In this document: positions 39,983-52,994 of the stretch, piece after piece
How positions within the stretch are numbered: the stretch's first letter is position 1
How the letters are laid out: the number at the start of each line of letters is the position of its first letter
DNA from: Microcoleus sp.
Lineage (GTDB): Bacteria; Cyanobacteriota; Cyanobacteriia; Cyanobacteriales; Microcoleaceae
DNA length: 64,000 bases
NCBI GenBank assembly: GCA_042408215.1
Contig: JAYFMW010000017.1
Span: 448,001-512,000, forward strand
Direction: 5' to 3'
Notes under the pieces: generated by a model
What the model was told of the DNA's origin: nothing
Databases searched by the model: none
What the model saw: only the letters and a program-made list of their open reading frames with translations
Translations under genes and position numbers: made by a program

Positions 39983-40025
39983 ATAGAAACCGCCAAGGCA
40001 TTTATTGCAGTCGCCAAGGCGCTTA

Positions 40026-40060
40026 GGTCATTGAGTGCATTTCGACTTCGCTCAATGACC
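40026..40060. repeat. Small palindromic dispersed-repeat-like hairpin
   Basis: GGTCATTGAG...TTCGACTTCGCTCAATGACC between convergent genes. Confidence 0.55.
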
Positions 40061-40095
40061 AGATTTGTTTCTAACGCTCTATACCAAACTTGAGA

Positions 40096-40527
40096 TTAGC
40101 GACGAACGAGGCCTGTAAAACCAGTAGCTTTAAATTGCTTCAGTTTTAAAGGTGTTGGTTGATTAGCCGACACAGAGATTCTAAGTTGAAAATCGCTGAT
40201 TCCGGGGGGAACTTCTTCTATGGAACCCAAACGAGTGCGATTCTGCATCACCGGATTATCTTCAGCATCATAAATGCGGCCGAAAATATCAGCATTAACA
40301 ACGGGTTTGTTAGTGCTATTTTCGGCTTTCCCAGCGATCAGAAAGCAATTAGCTTCCATAGAACTGCCGCTGGTGACAGTTCCTTCTGCCATTTCTGCCG
40401 GACATTCGTGATAAGAAAGATCCGAGAGTTTAATTTGTGTCAGAGCCCAAGCAGGTGGAGTGAATGCTAAACTAAAAATTCCGATCAGACAAGTAGCGAA
40501 AAAAAGGCTGATAGCTCTAAATTTCAT
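40096..40527 (-). CDS. Conserved exported hypothetical protein
   Basis: Signal peptide ending AWA; NADIFGRIYDA, NRTRLGSI, LKQFKATGF. Confidence 0.8.
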   Translation of the reverse strand: MKFRAISLFFATCLIGIFSLAFTPPAWALTQIKLSDLSYHECPAEMAEGTVTSGSSMEANCFLIAGKAENSTNKPVVNADIFGRIYDAEDNPVMQNRTRLGSIEEVPPGISDFQLRISVSANQPTPLKLKQFKATGFTGLVRR

Positions 40528-40589
40528 AAGTCAAAGCGCAAGTATATTTTAACTCTTAGCTTAGCGCGATTTCAGTCGCAAATTGCTAC

Positions 40590-42692
40590 TTAATCTAAGC
40601 CTAAATGCTTTCGCAAGGCGAGGCGCATAACATCGACTGGGACGGATTCTTGATTCAGCCAAATTTTTAAGGCCGCTGCTCCTTGTTGAACTAACATTTC
40701 GAGTCCGTCAATGGCTCGCGCTCCTCTTTGCTGCGCGTCTTTGAGAAATTGAGTAGGATTCGGGTTGTAAATTAAATCATAGGCGATCGCACCAGGGGAA
40801 ATTCGATCCATCGCACTTGCGGAAACCGGCGACATTTCCCCCTGCGGATACATCCCCACAGGCGTCGTGTTGACCAGCAAATCCGCCTGAGAAATTAAGC
40901 TTGACAAATTATCCCAAGTATGCACTCGCAAAGATTTTACAGGCATGGAAGAATTGACCCAACTCTGCTGAAATTCCGCTAAGTTTTGCTGATTGCGGCC
41001 AACAACGTGAATCTCAGCACAGCCCAATTGAGCACATCCCGCCACAACCGCTCTCGCCGCGCCACCATTACCCAAAATTACCGCTACTTTCTGACTCCAA
41101 TCCGAACCATCCCTAGAGCTTGTTATCAAACCCGGAGATCCCCCTAAATCCCCCTTAACAAGGGGGACTTTGAGAGGATTTCCCCCCGTGCAGTTAGAAG
41201 ACTTTGCTTGCTCTAGCTCCCCCCTTGTTAAGGGGGGCTGGGGGGGATCGAGAGGATCTGGGAGACCACGGTTAGAGTCCGCTAAATCCCCCTTAACAAG
41301 GGGGACTTTGAGAGGATTTCCCCCTGGGCAATTAGAAGACTTTGCTTGCTCTAGCTCCCCCCTTGTTAAGGGGGGCTGGGGGGGATCGAGAGGATCTGGG
41401 AGACCACGGTTAGAGTCCGCTAAATCCCCCTTAACAAGGGGGACTTTGAGAGGATTTCCCCCTGGGCAATTAGAAGACTTTGCTTGCTCTAGCTCCCCCC
41501 TTGTTAAGGGGGGCTGGGGGGGAGCGAGAGGATCTGGGAGACCACGGTTAGATCCCCCTAAATCCCCCTTAACAAGGGGGACTTTGAGAGGATTTCCCCC
41601 CGTGCAGTTAGAAGACTTTGCTTGCTCTAGCTCCCCCCTTGTTAAGGGGGGCTGGGGGGGAGCGAGAGGAGCTGGGAGACCACGGTTAGAGTCCCCTAAA
41701 TCCCCCTTAACAAGGGGGACTTTGAGAGGATTTCCCCCCGTGCAGTTAGAAGACTTTGCTTGCTCTAGCTCCCCCCTTGTTAAGGGGGGCTGGGGGGGAG
41801 CGAGAGGATCTGGGAGACCACGGTTAGAGTCCGCTAAATCCCCCTTAACAAGGGGGACTTTGAGAGGATTTCCCCCCGTGCAGTTAGAAGACTTTGCTTG
41901 CTCTAGCTCCCCCCTTGTTAAGGGGGGCTGGGGGGGAGCGAGAGGATCTGGGAGACCACGGTTAGATCCCCCTAAATCCCCCTTAACAAGGGGGACTTTG
42001 AGAGGATTTCCCCCCGTGCAATTAGAAGACTTTGCTTGCTCTAGCTCCCCCCTTGTTAAGGGGGGCTGGGGGGGAGCGAGAGGATCTGGGAGACCACGGT
42101 TAGATCCCCCTAAATCCCCCTTAACAAGGGGGACTTTGAGAGGATTTCCCCCCGTGCAATTAGAAGACTTTGCTTGCTCTAGCTCCCCCCTTGTTAAGGG
42201 GGGCTGGGGGGGAGCGAGAGGATCTGGGAGACCACGGTTAGATCCCCCTAAATCCCCCTTAACAAGGGGGACTTTGAGGGGCGGTGCTCCCTGGCCCCCC
42301 CTGTGGGGGGACTCTGAATCTGATTGGAGAGTTGGAAAACCCCCCGTTTGTAGTGGGGCGAGAAAGCCTTCAACGTCAGTATTTGTGCCACACCAACCTT
42401 TGTCAGTCAGGTATACGGTATTGACAGCGCCGATCGCACGAGCAATGGGAGAAACCTCCGACAGCAGCGGTAAAATGGCTTGTTTGTGCGGAATCGTGAC
42501 GCTAAATCCCCTCACGCCGATCGCCCCAAAGCCTAAAAGAGCAACTTTTAAATCCTCTGGATTTACCGGAAAGGCTAGGTAAACAAAATCGACTCCCAAA
42601 TGGGAAATTGCAGCATTGTGCATCACCGGTGACAGAGAATGTGCGATCGGATGACCGATTACTCCCAATATTTTAGTAGTGCCTTTAATCAT
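40590..42692 (-). CDS. aroE: Shikimate dehydrogenase with a ~410-aa in-frame repeat insertion
   Basis: GHPIAHSLSP.MHN, SVTIPHK, GAVNT, NTD, GNGGAARA, NTTPVGM, DLIYNP, DGLEMLVQQG all intact around the insert. Confidence 0.93.
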   Translation of the reverse strand: MIKGTTKILGVIGHPIAHSLSPVMHNAAISHLGVDFVYLAFPVNPEDLKVALLGFGAIGVRGFSVTIPHKQAILPLLSEVSPIARAIGAVNTVYLTDKGWCGTNTDVEGFLAPLQTGGFPTLQSDSESPHRGGQGAPPLKVPLVKGDLGGSNRGLPDPLAPPQPPLTRGELEQAKSSNCTGGNPLKVPLVKGDLGGSNRGLPDPLAPPQPPLTRGELEQAKSSNCTGGNPLKVPLVKGDLGGSNRGLPDPLAPPQPPLTRGELEQAKSSNCTGGNPLKVPLVKGDLADSNRGLPDPLAPPQPPLTRGELEQAKSSNCTGGNPLKVPLVKGDLGDSNRGLPAPLAPPQPPLTRGELEQAKSSNCTGGNPLKVPLVKGDLGGSNRGLPDPLAPPQPPLTRGELEQAKSSNCPGGNPLKVPLVKGDLADSNRGLPDPLDPPQPPLTRGELEQAKSSNCPGGNPLKVPLVKGDLADSNRGLPDPLDPPQPPLTRGELEQAKSSNCTGGNPLKVPLVKGDLGGSPGLITSSRDGSDWSQKVAVILGNGGAARAVVAGCAQLGCAEIHVVGRNQQNLAEFQQSWVNSSMPVKSLRVHTWDNLSSLISQADLLVNTTPVGMYPQGEMSPVSASAMDRISPGAIAYDLIYNPNPTQFLKDAQQRGARAIDGLEMLVQQGAAALKIWLNQESVPVDVMRLALRKHLGLD
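41137..42278. repeat. 138-bp x8.3 tandem array of the GATCCCCCTAAATCCCCCTTAACAAGGGGGACT palindromic element inside aroE
   Basis: CTAAATCCCCC recurs at 41144, 41282, 41420 ... 42248 (period 138, i.e. 46 codons). Confidence 0.97.
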
Positions 42693-42745
42693 TTTTGTTA
42701 GTTAACTGTTAACTGTTGACTGTTGACTGTTGACTGTTGGCTGTT

Positions 42746-42844
42746 AACCATTTTCCAGCAACCATCAACCATTTTCCAGCAACCATCAACCATTTTCCAG
42801 CAACCATCAACCATTTTCCAGCAACCATCAACCATTTTCCAGCA
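42746..42844. repeat. 21-bp tandem repeat (about 5 copies) spanning the ATPase stop codon
   Basis: AACCATTTTCCAGCAACCATC units. Confidence 0.9.
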
Positions 42845-44186
42845 ACTCTTTGGCATCTGCCAATATGGGATTAACATCAAACCAATAATCCTCACCATAA
42901 CGATATTCAAACACCCAAAGACTACGCAATAAAGTTTGATATTTAGTCTCTCCACTCACAGTTTTAGTAGCAGCGACTTGGCGCAGCAGTGCCCACTCAT
43001 CCGGTTCGATCGCCAAAGTAAGCTGATGGCGGCGCTGGATAATCACATTTTCCAAAGTTTCCCGCGACAAAGGGGGGTCTTGTTTCTGGAGACAACTATA
43101 CAGCAGTTGCAGCAAATTGCGGACATGACCACCGCTGACTCGACAAAGCCGATCGAGAGTTTCGGGAGCATCAAAAATCTTGCCAATCCAAGCATAACGT
43201 GCGATCGGCTCCAACGCAGGAAAAGCCCGAGCTAGAACCATCTGTCGCAACAATTCCACGCCCTGAGCGCACTCAGAACCGTCGCGGAACTGCACCAGCA
43301 CCATTGGTAATACCTTTGGATCTACCCCAAATCGATTGGTAAGCTGACCCAAATCGTTAGAAAAAATCAGCACCAAAGGAATTGTATAAACTACGTGACA
43401 ATTGAGTCTGGCCAACTGTTCGCCCCTGTCTACAAACAGATATTCCGGCTGAAGTCGCCCGGTGGGCTTCACGCACAAATGTATGCGATCGAGATTATCA
43501 ATAATGACCACAAGTCCTTGTTTACCCAGCCGTTTGAGTGCTTGATTAGCCGGTTCGAGCAACTCATTATTCAGAGCATCCAAAATTACATTAGTTCGCG
43601 GCTCCAAATATTGCCTCAACTCCGATCGCAAATTAGGAGCATCTTTAGTTTTAGCAGTAATTTTGCCAATTCCCAAAGCCAAAGAAAACTCTCCATCCGT
43701 ACTAGCATTTATGCCACCAACACCAGGCAAAGCAGCTTCAGCTTTCAGGTCAATTTGAGTTTGAAAAACATCTGCCACCCCTTTCAGCAAAGCTTTAAAA
43801 CCAGTAGGTTGCAGCTTAATTTTCAGCTTCTCAATGCTTTCGCTCACCTGACGAGCAACGCTCAACAAAATGTCAGTAATATCAACATCTGCCATATCTA
43901 AATCTTTGCTAGACTCAAAGTAGACTACGTGAAATCCCTGATGCTCCAATTCAGCTTGGAGCCGCAACAATTCTGTAGATTTCCCACAGCCGATATGGCC
44001 CGTGAATAATTGACAGGTTGGCTCGTCAGGGGAGAGGTGGCTGATAGTGCGCTCCAATTGTTCTACGATTGTGCCGCCCCGCACGGTTGAGAAATCGATA
44101 TAGTATTGTCGGTCTTCTTGATTTGCTACTGCTAAGGTGTAGCTGGGATTGCAAGCCTTATAAAATTTCTTTAAATTTAGTTCCAT
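42828..44186 (-). CDS. P-loop ATP-binding protein (cyanobacterial AAA-like family)
   Basis: FTGHIGCGKSTEL, LVVIIDNLDR, SGGHVR, WFDVNPIL. Confidence 0.88.
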   Translation of the reverse strand: MELNLKKFYKACNPSYTLAVANQEDRQYYIDFSTVRGGTIVEQLERTISHLSPDEPTCQLFTGHIGCGKSTELLRLQAELEHQGFHVVYFESSKDLDMADVDITDILLSVARQVSESIEKLKIKLQPTGFKALLKGVADVFQTQIDLKAEAALPGVGGINASTDGEFSLALGIGKITAKTKDAPNLRSELRQYLEPRTNVILDALNNELLEPANQALKRLGKQGLVVIIDNLDRIHLCVKPTGRLQPEYLFVDRGEQLARLNCHVVYTIPLVLIFSNDLGQLTNRFGVDPKVLPMVLVQFRDGSECAQGVELLRQMVLARAFPALEPIARYAWIGKIFDAPETLDRLCRVSGGHVRNLLQLLYSCLQKQDPPLSRETLENVIIQRRHQLTLAIEPDEWALLRQVAATKTVSGETKYQTLLRSLWVFEYRYGEDYWFDVNPILADAKELLENG

Positions 44187-44599
44187 ACCCTGTGTGCTCA
44201 AAATACATTATGCCCTAATAGCTTATTCATGTAGCTCTTGCAATAATCAGCATGAATTGATAATTTATGCTCAAGTTTTATTTTACGGTCAACATTTTGA
44301 GGCACCTCTGAATCCACACTACCAAATTTGACATGATTTTTGCAGATTAGAATCAATAAAAAGTTGTCAACCGGCGATCCCTATGCAGTGGTTCTGCTGA
44401 GGGCTCGCGGGTGAGTTTACATCAATGACGAAGATTTGGCGGTAATGTTCTCGGAAAAAAGTGGCTATTTGAGTGCGGTTAACCGAATACAAAAATGGTC
44501 GGTACTAGAGCAATAGTCTACAGCTTTGTAGAGGAGACTTTTTTAAATGAACCACAGAGAACACAGAGAACACAGAGGAAGAGAAGAGAGAGGTTTACA

Positions 44600-45273
44600 A
44601 ATTATTATTTTGGATCAATTCTACCATTTTTTCGCCTACACCTGCTGCGGAAGCCGGATTTTGGCCTGTCACGAGGCGATCGCACGCAACAGCCATGCGC
44701 CTGAAAATTAGCAACTTTGGTGAAATGATCCCCAGCTTCAATTAACTTCGATTCCAGTAAAAACGGCACGATATCAGTCAATCCCACAGCCGCTTCTTCT
44801 TCATTAGTAAAAGCAGCCACAGTCTTATTTGCAACCAGATATGCACCATCAGACAACTTAAGATTAACTAAAGCCGCGGGCCCGTGACAAACCGCACTCA
44901 CAATGCCGCCTGCTTCATAAATAGCAGCAGCAATCCCAGCAAGTTCCTGACGATCGGCAAAATCCACGCACGTCCCGTCCCCCAGCATAGAAAATAGCGT
45001 CATATTCTGCGGGGTTAACTTGTGCAGGATTGAGAGTATTTTCTACTCGCGCCACCTGTTCCGAATCCTCTAAAAAAGCCTTATTTAGCCGATCTTCTAA
45101 ATCAATCCCAACCATCGGAGCTTTGCCGCCTTTTGGGCTGACAAAATCTACCGTTAATCCAGCATGAGTAACTGCGTCCAATGCGTCACCTCTGAGAGAT
45201 AGAAACCAGTTTATTTACCAGTTTCACCAAGAGTATCGTGGCTGGTTAAAACCAGAACTTTTTGGCTATTCAT
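44600..45273 (-). pseudogene. DJ-1/PfpI (type 1 glutamine amidotransferase-like) pseudogene
   Basis: MNSQKVLVLTSHDTLGETG / TGFYLSEVTH / VSPKGGKAP...YDAIFYAG / SAVCHGPAAL...FTNEEE spread over several frames. Confidence 0.8.
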
Positions 45274-45731
45274 AGTCTATTCTTTGTGCTTGTTGTTTTC
45301 ATCCTAGATCGAATTTATCTAAAATACAAATTATCCAATTTTCTGGGAAGTATAAATATCTTGATGATTAGCTTTGAATGGTATCGCTGTTTGATTAAGG
45401 TTTACCGATTTAAGAGCAATTATACAAGCCGTTGAATGCGGATTTGGCTTGATAATTCTTCCGACTACTTGTGTGGAAGATTGGGTAAAAAAAACGCTTG
45501 ACACCTGTCATCAAACCTGCACAGGCTGTTACAAATCGCATCTGGCTGGCTTTTAGGAAATCTGAAAGACAGTTACCAAAAATCAAACGGATGTTAGAAT
45601 TGTATCAGTTTGATTAAATTAGGAATTACCCACGCTTTCCTCAAAAACCCGGTTTCTTACCACACACTCTCTTTCCTCACTCTGCGCCCTCTGCGCCCTC
45701 TGCGGTTAAAAAAATCCAAATTATACCAAAC

Positions 45732-45761
45732 AAAAAAAGGGCTAGCAATTAAACCAGCCCC
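45732..45761 (-). terminator. Rho-independent terminator of apcE
   Basis: - strand GGGCTGG...CTAGCCC followed by T7. Confidence 0.7.
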
Positions 45762-45819
45762 TCAACTAATTTTAGACGTTAAATTAGCTCTAATCTAACA
45801 TCTAAAACCTCAAATCAAT

Positions 45820-48681
<2,862 letters not shown>

Positions 48682-48944
48682 TTACTTTCTCAGATTAAAA
48701 TGTTTTGGGGCTGATCACCCTAATTTGTTAAAAAGCCTGCCGAAACTTATTGTATAGATTTAATAGGGCCTATATGAGAAAAAATGATAAGTTTTGTTAC
48801 AAGAAGTTCGGCAACGGATTCTGTAACGGATGTAGCGGATGTAGCGGATGTAGCGGATGTAACGGTTCACTTCTGCTGAGCCTATAATCGCAGGTGTCGC
48901 TAAATGACTATACTTTACTTTGAATAAAAAAATTCTCTCACATT

Positions 48945-50171
48945 ATGGAAACTTCACCTGATATCAGTGCTGCGGTGCGCCGGCTTTACGATACTTTCCC
49001 TTTTCCGCCTGATCCTTTGTCGGACGAACCGCCGCCTGGGTACAACTGGCGCTGGAGTTGGCCGGATGCTTACAGTTTCTGCACGGGTCAAAAGCCGCCA
49101 AAACTGGATATTCGGATTTTAGATGCTGGCTGTGGCACGGGTTCGAGTACGGATTATCTGATTCACCTGAATCCTGAAGCTTCGGTGACGGCGATCGACC
49201 TTAGTTCCGGTGCTTTGAAGGTAGCACAAGAACGCTGTAGGCGATCGGGCGCGCGATCGGCAGATTTTCGCCACCTCAGCTTGTACGATGCCGATCAACT
49301 CGAAGGCGAGTTTGATTTGATCAACTGCGTGGGTGTGCTGCACCACTTACCCGATCCGATTCGCGGCATTCAAGCCCTGGCGGCGAAGTTGGCTAGCGGC
49401 GGCTTGATGCACATTTTTGTTTATGCTGAATTGGGCCGCTGGGAAATCGAGCTGATGCAAAGGGCGATCGCCCTGCTCCAAGGAACTCAAAAAGGCGACT
49501 ATCCCGATGGTGTCAAAGTCGGCCGTCAAATCTTTGCTTCATTACCAGAAAACAACCGCCTTGTCAAGTACGAAAAACAGCGTTGGGCGGGAGAAAATCA
49601 GCGGGACGAATGTTTTGCTGATATGTACGTTCACCCCCAGGAAATTGACTACAATATCGACACATTGTTTGAGTTAATTGACGCTTCTGGATTAGAATTT
49701 ATCGGTTTCTCAAATCCGGGATATTGGCAGTTAGAAAGACTTTTAGGTAAAGCACCGGAATTGATCGAAAGAGCTCAGGGTTTGACGGAACGAGAGCTTT
49801 ATCGATTAATTGAATTGTTGGATACGGAAATAAGTCATTACGAGTTTTTCTTGGGGAAAAAGCCTGTTAATAAGATTGATTGGTCGGACGATAAAGCACT
49901 TTTGGCGGCAATTCCAGAGTTGAGTGGTTGTATGCACGGTTGGCCTAGTCAACAAGTGTTTGATGGCAACTACCAATTGGTCAATTTGTCAAGTGCTGAG
50001 TTTGAGTTTCTGCAAGGTTGTGCACCCCCCCCAGACAGGGCGGGCACGGGGGCACCGCCCCTACAAATTGGTGGGAAGACAGTGGGGGAGATTTTGGTGG
50101 ATGTGGAGATTGGATTGGATGAAGTGCGATCGATCTTATCAAAACAGCTAATTTTGCTAACACCGAGTTGA
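48945..50171 (+). CDS. Class I SAM-dependent methyltransferase
   Basis: ILDAGCGTG, CVGVLHHLPDP; repeat-derived insert PPDRAGTGAPPLQ near the C-terminus. Confidence 0.9.
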   Translation: METSPDISAAVRRLYDTFPFPPDPLSDEPPPGYNWRWSWPDAYSFCTGQKPPKLDIRILDAGCGTGSSTDYLIHLNPEASVTAIDLSSGALKVAQERCRRSGARSADFRHLSLYDADQLEGEFDLINCVGVLHHLPDPIRGIQALAAKLASGGLMHIFVYAELGRWEIELMQRAIALLQGTQKGDYPDGVKVGRQIFASLPENNRLVKYEKQRWAGENQRDECFADMYVHPQEIDYNIDTLFELIDASGLEFIGFSNPGYWQLERLLGKAPELIERAQGLTERELYRLIELLDTEISHYEFFLGKKPVNKIDWSDDKALLAAIPELSGCMHGWPSQQVFDGNYQLVNLSSAEFEFLQGCAPPPDRAGTGAPPLQIGGKTVGEILVDVEIGLDEVRSILSKQLILLTPS

Positions 50172-50178
50172 GTCGTAT

Positions 50179-50320
50179 CGTAGGGTGCGTCAGTTGCCGT
50201 TATTTTCGCTAAAAATCGACAATCTACGAACTGACGCACCCTACAAGTTTCAGCCGTAGGGTGCGTCAGTTGCCGTTATTTTCGCTAAAAATCGAGAATC
50301 TACGAACTGACGCACCCTAC
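50179..50320. repeat. Two tandem GTAGGGTGCGTCAGTT...AACTGACGCACCCTAC REP-like hairpins
   Basis: Direct duplication with a ~77-bp period. Confidence 0.88.
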
Positions 50321-50509
50321 CTGAACTAGGCATAGGTCAGAAACCAGGTTTTTTACTAAATCTTGGTTAGACACGGTAAATTCTGTGAAAAACCCGGTTT
50401 CTCGCTCGGAGTATAATTTCTGTTAAATTCCCAATATTATTCGCCGAAATGAGGAGACGGCAGTGCCGTGTCCCTACAATGTTATTTTGGGTAGGGACAC
50501 GGCACTGCC

Positions 50510-50573
50510 CATTGGTGCCAACTTAAGACTGAAACCATTGATAAATCTCGCATTTAGCTACGTCTAGATCCCC
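50510..50573. mobile_element. Truncated MITE left end inserted in a GTAGGGACACGGCACTGCC repeat
   Basis: CATTGGTGCCAACTTAAGACTGAAACC...TCTAGATCCCC; breaks off where the AT-rich island begins. Confidence 0.65.
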
Positions 50574-50690
50574 ACATTTCCCCGCCTAAGCCCTGTAACT
50601 CATACAGCATGGATGCTATGGTATGTAAAGGCTTTATGTGCTATGTTAAAATTGGCGTACAAAAGTATTAAAATCAACCGAGGTGACAAA

Positions 50691-50987
50691 ATGCCTTCTG
50701 AAAATGAAGTTTTTGAAACACAAAATAAACGCTTACAGGTCTTAAATACTGTTTATGACTTAGCAAAACAAGGTAGACATAGTATCAGCAATTCAGACAT
50801 TACAAGCTACACAGACATTCAAGGTAAGGAATTATACGATATCTTAAAAATTTTAATATATGAAGATTTAATTAAAGAAACGTCGTCTATCATAGGTCTA
50901 CTTAAGACACCTGGATACGCTGCTGTTAAAATTACAGATAAAGGGTTAATTCATGTAGAGAATACAATCAAAAAAGCTAATGAATAA
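50691..50987 (+). CDS. Small winged-helix-like hypothetical protein
   Basis: 98 aa after GAGGTG; LYDILKILIYEDLI...VKITDKGLIHVE wing pattern. Confidence 0.6.
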   Translation: MPSENEVFETQNKRLQVLNTVYDLAKQGRHSISNSDITSYTDIQGKELYDILKILIYEDLIKETSSIIGLLKTPGYAAVKITDKGLIHVENTIKKANE

Positions 50988-51140
50988 CTGATTTAAAGTT
51001 ATTGACATTTTAAATCAGTAGGTATTTTCTGATTTAAATAATTTAAGGTATTAAATTCATTACAGCTAATTTGTAGTGGATTTTTTTTTATTTTATTTTC
51101 ATGACATAGTGAAAAATTTTTAACACTAACTGCTAAGTCA

Positions 51141-52379
51141 TTAATTTACTAAACCAAACAAGTTGTAATCAATACCACCTTTGATAAGAATTAAATTCAC
51201 AAAATCACTAATACAAATAGCATGACTTCCAAACCATATGTAATCACCAAAAGCTCCAGTATAATTTGTGTATCTATACCCGTTACTATTAAACACAGCT
51301 CCTCGAACAATGAGATTTAATTTTTCCAAAAGTAGGGATCTAGACATCATATTTCCAGAGTCTCTTTGTTGCAAAAATTCTAATAAAGCTTGTTGACAAT
51401 TGTAAATCGCATAACTAATTGAAAATGAATTACCCTTATAGATTATCCATTGATTGTTATCATTTTCTATTCGTTTATAGTCGTTTGGCACACTAACTAT
51501 ACCATTACCATTAGGATGATCCCAGGACGCTGAAGTCCTAATAAATTCTTCGGCAAGCTCTTTTTCTATCATTCCATTTGGTGTAAGCTGTTGTACTTTA
51601 GATATGGCTGTATTAACTATCCTTCTTCTAAGTTCTTGTTGTTGTCTCACTTCTTCTTGTTGTCTCAGTTCTTCTTTTTGTCTTATTAATTCTTGTAGTT
51701 TTTGTTCTTCTTGTTGTCGCAATTCTTCTTGTTGTCGCAATTCTTCTTGTTGTCTCAGTTCTTCTTGTTGTCTCAGTTCTTCTTTTTGTCTCAATTCTTC
51801 GGCTTCTTCAATTAATCTTTGATTCTCCCAAAGTTCACTCTCTAAATCATTCATTTCTTTTTTCAATTCACGATTTATTAAACTAAATTTTTTCCGTAAA
51901 TTTGTTATTTTTAATTCTAGCTTTTGAATCATTTCAAAAGTGATAGGTTTACGTTGAGGAATCCATTTATTTAATAAACACTCAATTTTTTCAACTTCTT
52001 TATTGTCAAATGTTATTACACTAGCTTCTTTGTTTTTTACGCCATTCCTAGTTAAATTCTGACTTCCTATAGTAGCAAATCGACCTGGTGAAATAATTAT
52101 TTTTGCATGGAGTCTTGGTAAATGATAAAGTTGACAACCCATCTCATGTAAACATTTTAAGGTTTTTAATGAAGAAGCACCCGAAATAAAATTATGGACT
52201 GAAAAGATTGTGTATATCTCACACTCAGCAAATTGTGAGTCTCTTAAAATCCCTTCTGCTGTTTTTGATGTTAAGTAGGGAGAAAGAATTATTATCTTAT
52301 CATCATCATTCAATTTCTTAATTTCAGCGTGCCAGCGACGGCTAATATTTTTTAAATAGTAGTAAGGTGGCTTTCTCAT
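51141..52379 (-). CDS. Phospholipase D-like (Nuc/BfiI-type) nuclease domain plus coiled-coil protein
   Basis: IILSPYL, LHAKIII, IGSQNLT, NKEA; central EELRQQ hexapeptide repeats. Confidence 0.75.
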   Translation of the reverse strand: MRKPPYYYLKNISRRWHAEIKKLNDDDKIIILSPYLTSKTAEGILRDSQFAECEIYTIFSVHNFISGASSLKTLKCLHEMGCQLYHLPRLHAKIIISPGRFATIGSQNLTRNGVKNKEASVITFDNKEVEKIECLLNKWIPQRKPITFEMIQKLELKITNLRKKFSLINRELKKEMNDLESELWENQRLIEEAEELRQKEELRQQEELRQQEELRQQEELRQQEEQKLQELIRQKEELRQQEEVRQQQELRRRIVNTAISKVQQLTPNGMIEKELAEEFIRTSASWDHPNGNGIVSVPNDYKRIENDNNQWIIYKGNSFSISYAIYNCQQALLEFLQQRDSGNMMSRSLLLEKLNLIVRGAVFNSNGYRYTNYTGAFGDYIWFGSHAICISDFVNLILIKGGIDYNLFGLVN

Positions 52380-52502
52380 AATGTAATTTCCTGATTTATA
52401 ACATCAAACCACTGCAAATTTTTGTCTACCCTTTACGTATCAAGTACAGTATACAAAACCCCTCACAATTCAATTGCAACGAGTTTTGTATAGAACTTTA
52501 AA

Positions 52503-52994
52503 CTACTTATGTTCAGTTAAATTTCCTATGCAAAAACCATCTACACGGTTTAAATTTCCTCTCCAATAACCTCCTCTATTATTTGGAATTAATAAATTAT
52601 TAGCGTTTTTTGGAGTTAAACAATTGCCATTATAAAAAGCAACATTTTTTAAATGTATGTATTCTATGTTTTTTAATGGGCTTTTCACTTCCCGATCACC
52701 TGACAGGTTTTCTGCCAAGGATTGATAACTTTGTAAGAATACTTGAGCCTCTTTTTCTAGTATATCAGAACTAGAAAAAGATAATTTCAGGTCATTATAT
52801 ATACCCTCAAAATACAATTCCTCATTAATCAAAACCCCACTCACAGTTAAACCTTGAACAGAAAGTGTAATGTCTATGTCTACCTGACCTGAAAATTTAT
52901 CCGCAGTATCTATCAGATAAATTAACAACTTGTCTGAATCTGATGATATCTCGATTTTTTGTTCGACTGAAACAGGTGTATTTTCTTGCGTCAT
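52503..52994 (-). CDS. GvpU-like hypothetical protein
   Basis: ITLSVQGLTVSGVLI...YF...YIHLKNV...YWRGNLNRVDGFCIG pattern. Confidence 0.55.
   Translation of the reverse strand: MTQENTPVSVEQKIEISSDSDKLLIYLIDTADKFSGQVDIDITLSVQGLTVSGVLINEELYFEGIYNDLKLSFSSSDILEKEAQVFLQSYQSLAENLSGDREVKSPLKNIEYIHLKNVAFYNGNCLTPKNANNLLIPNNRGGYWRGNLNRVDGFCIGNLTEHK

Noticed and set aside
41110..42345. aroE insert as an intein or group I/II intron
   Set aside because: No C-terminal His-Asn or other splicing blocks and no recognisable intron core; it is a pure tandem repeat. Non-canonical removal remains untested.
41170..42582. 470-aa + strand ORF antisense to aroE
   Set aside because: It is open only because the 138-bp unit lacks stops in that frame; no independent domain or start signals.
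52503..52994. Gas vesicle gene cluster
   Set aside because: Only a single GvpU-like ORF; no gvpA/C/N nearby.
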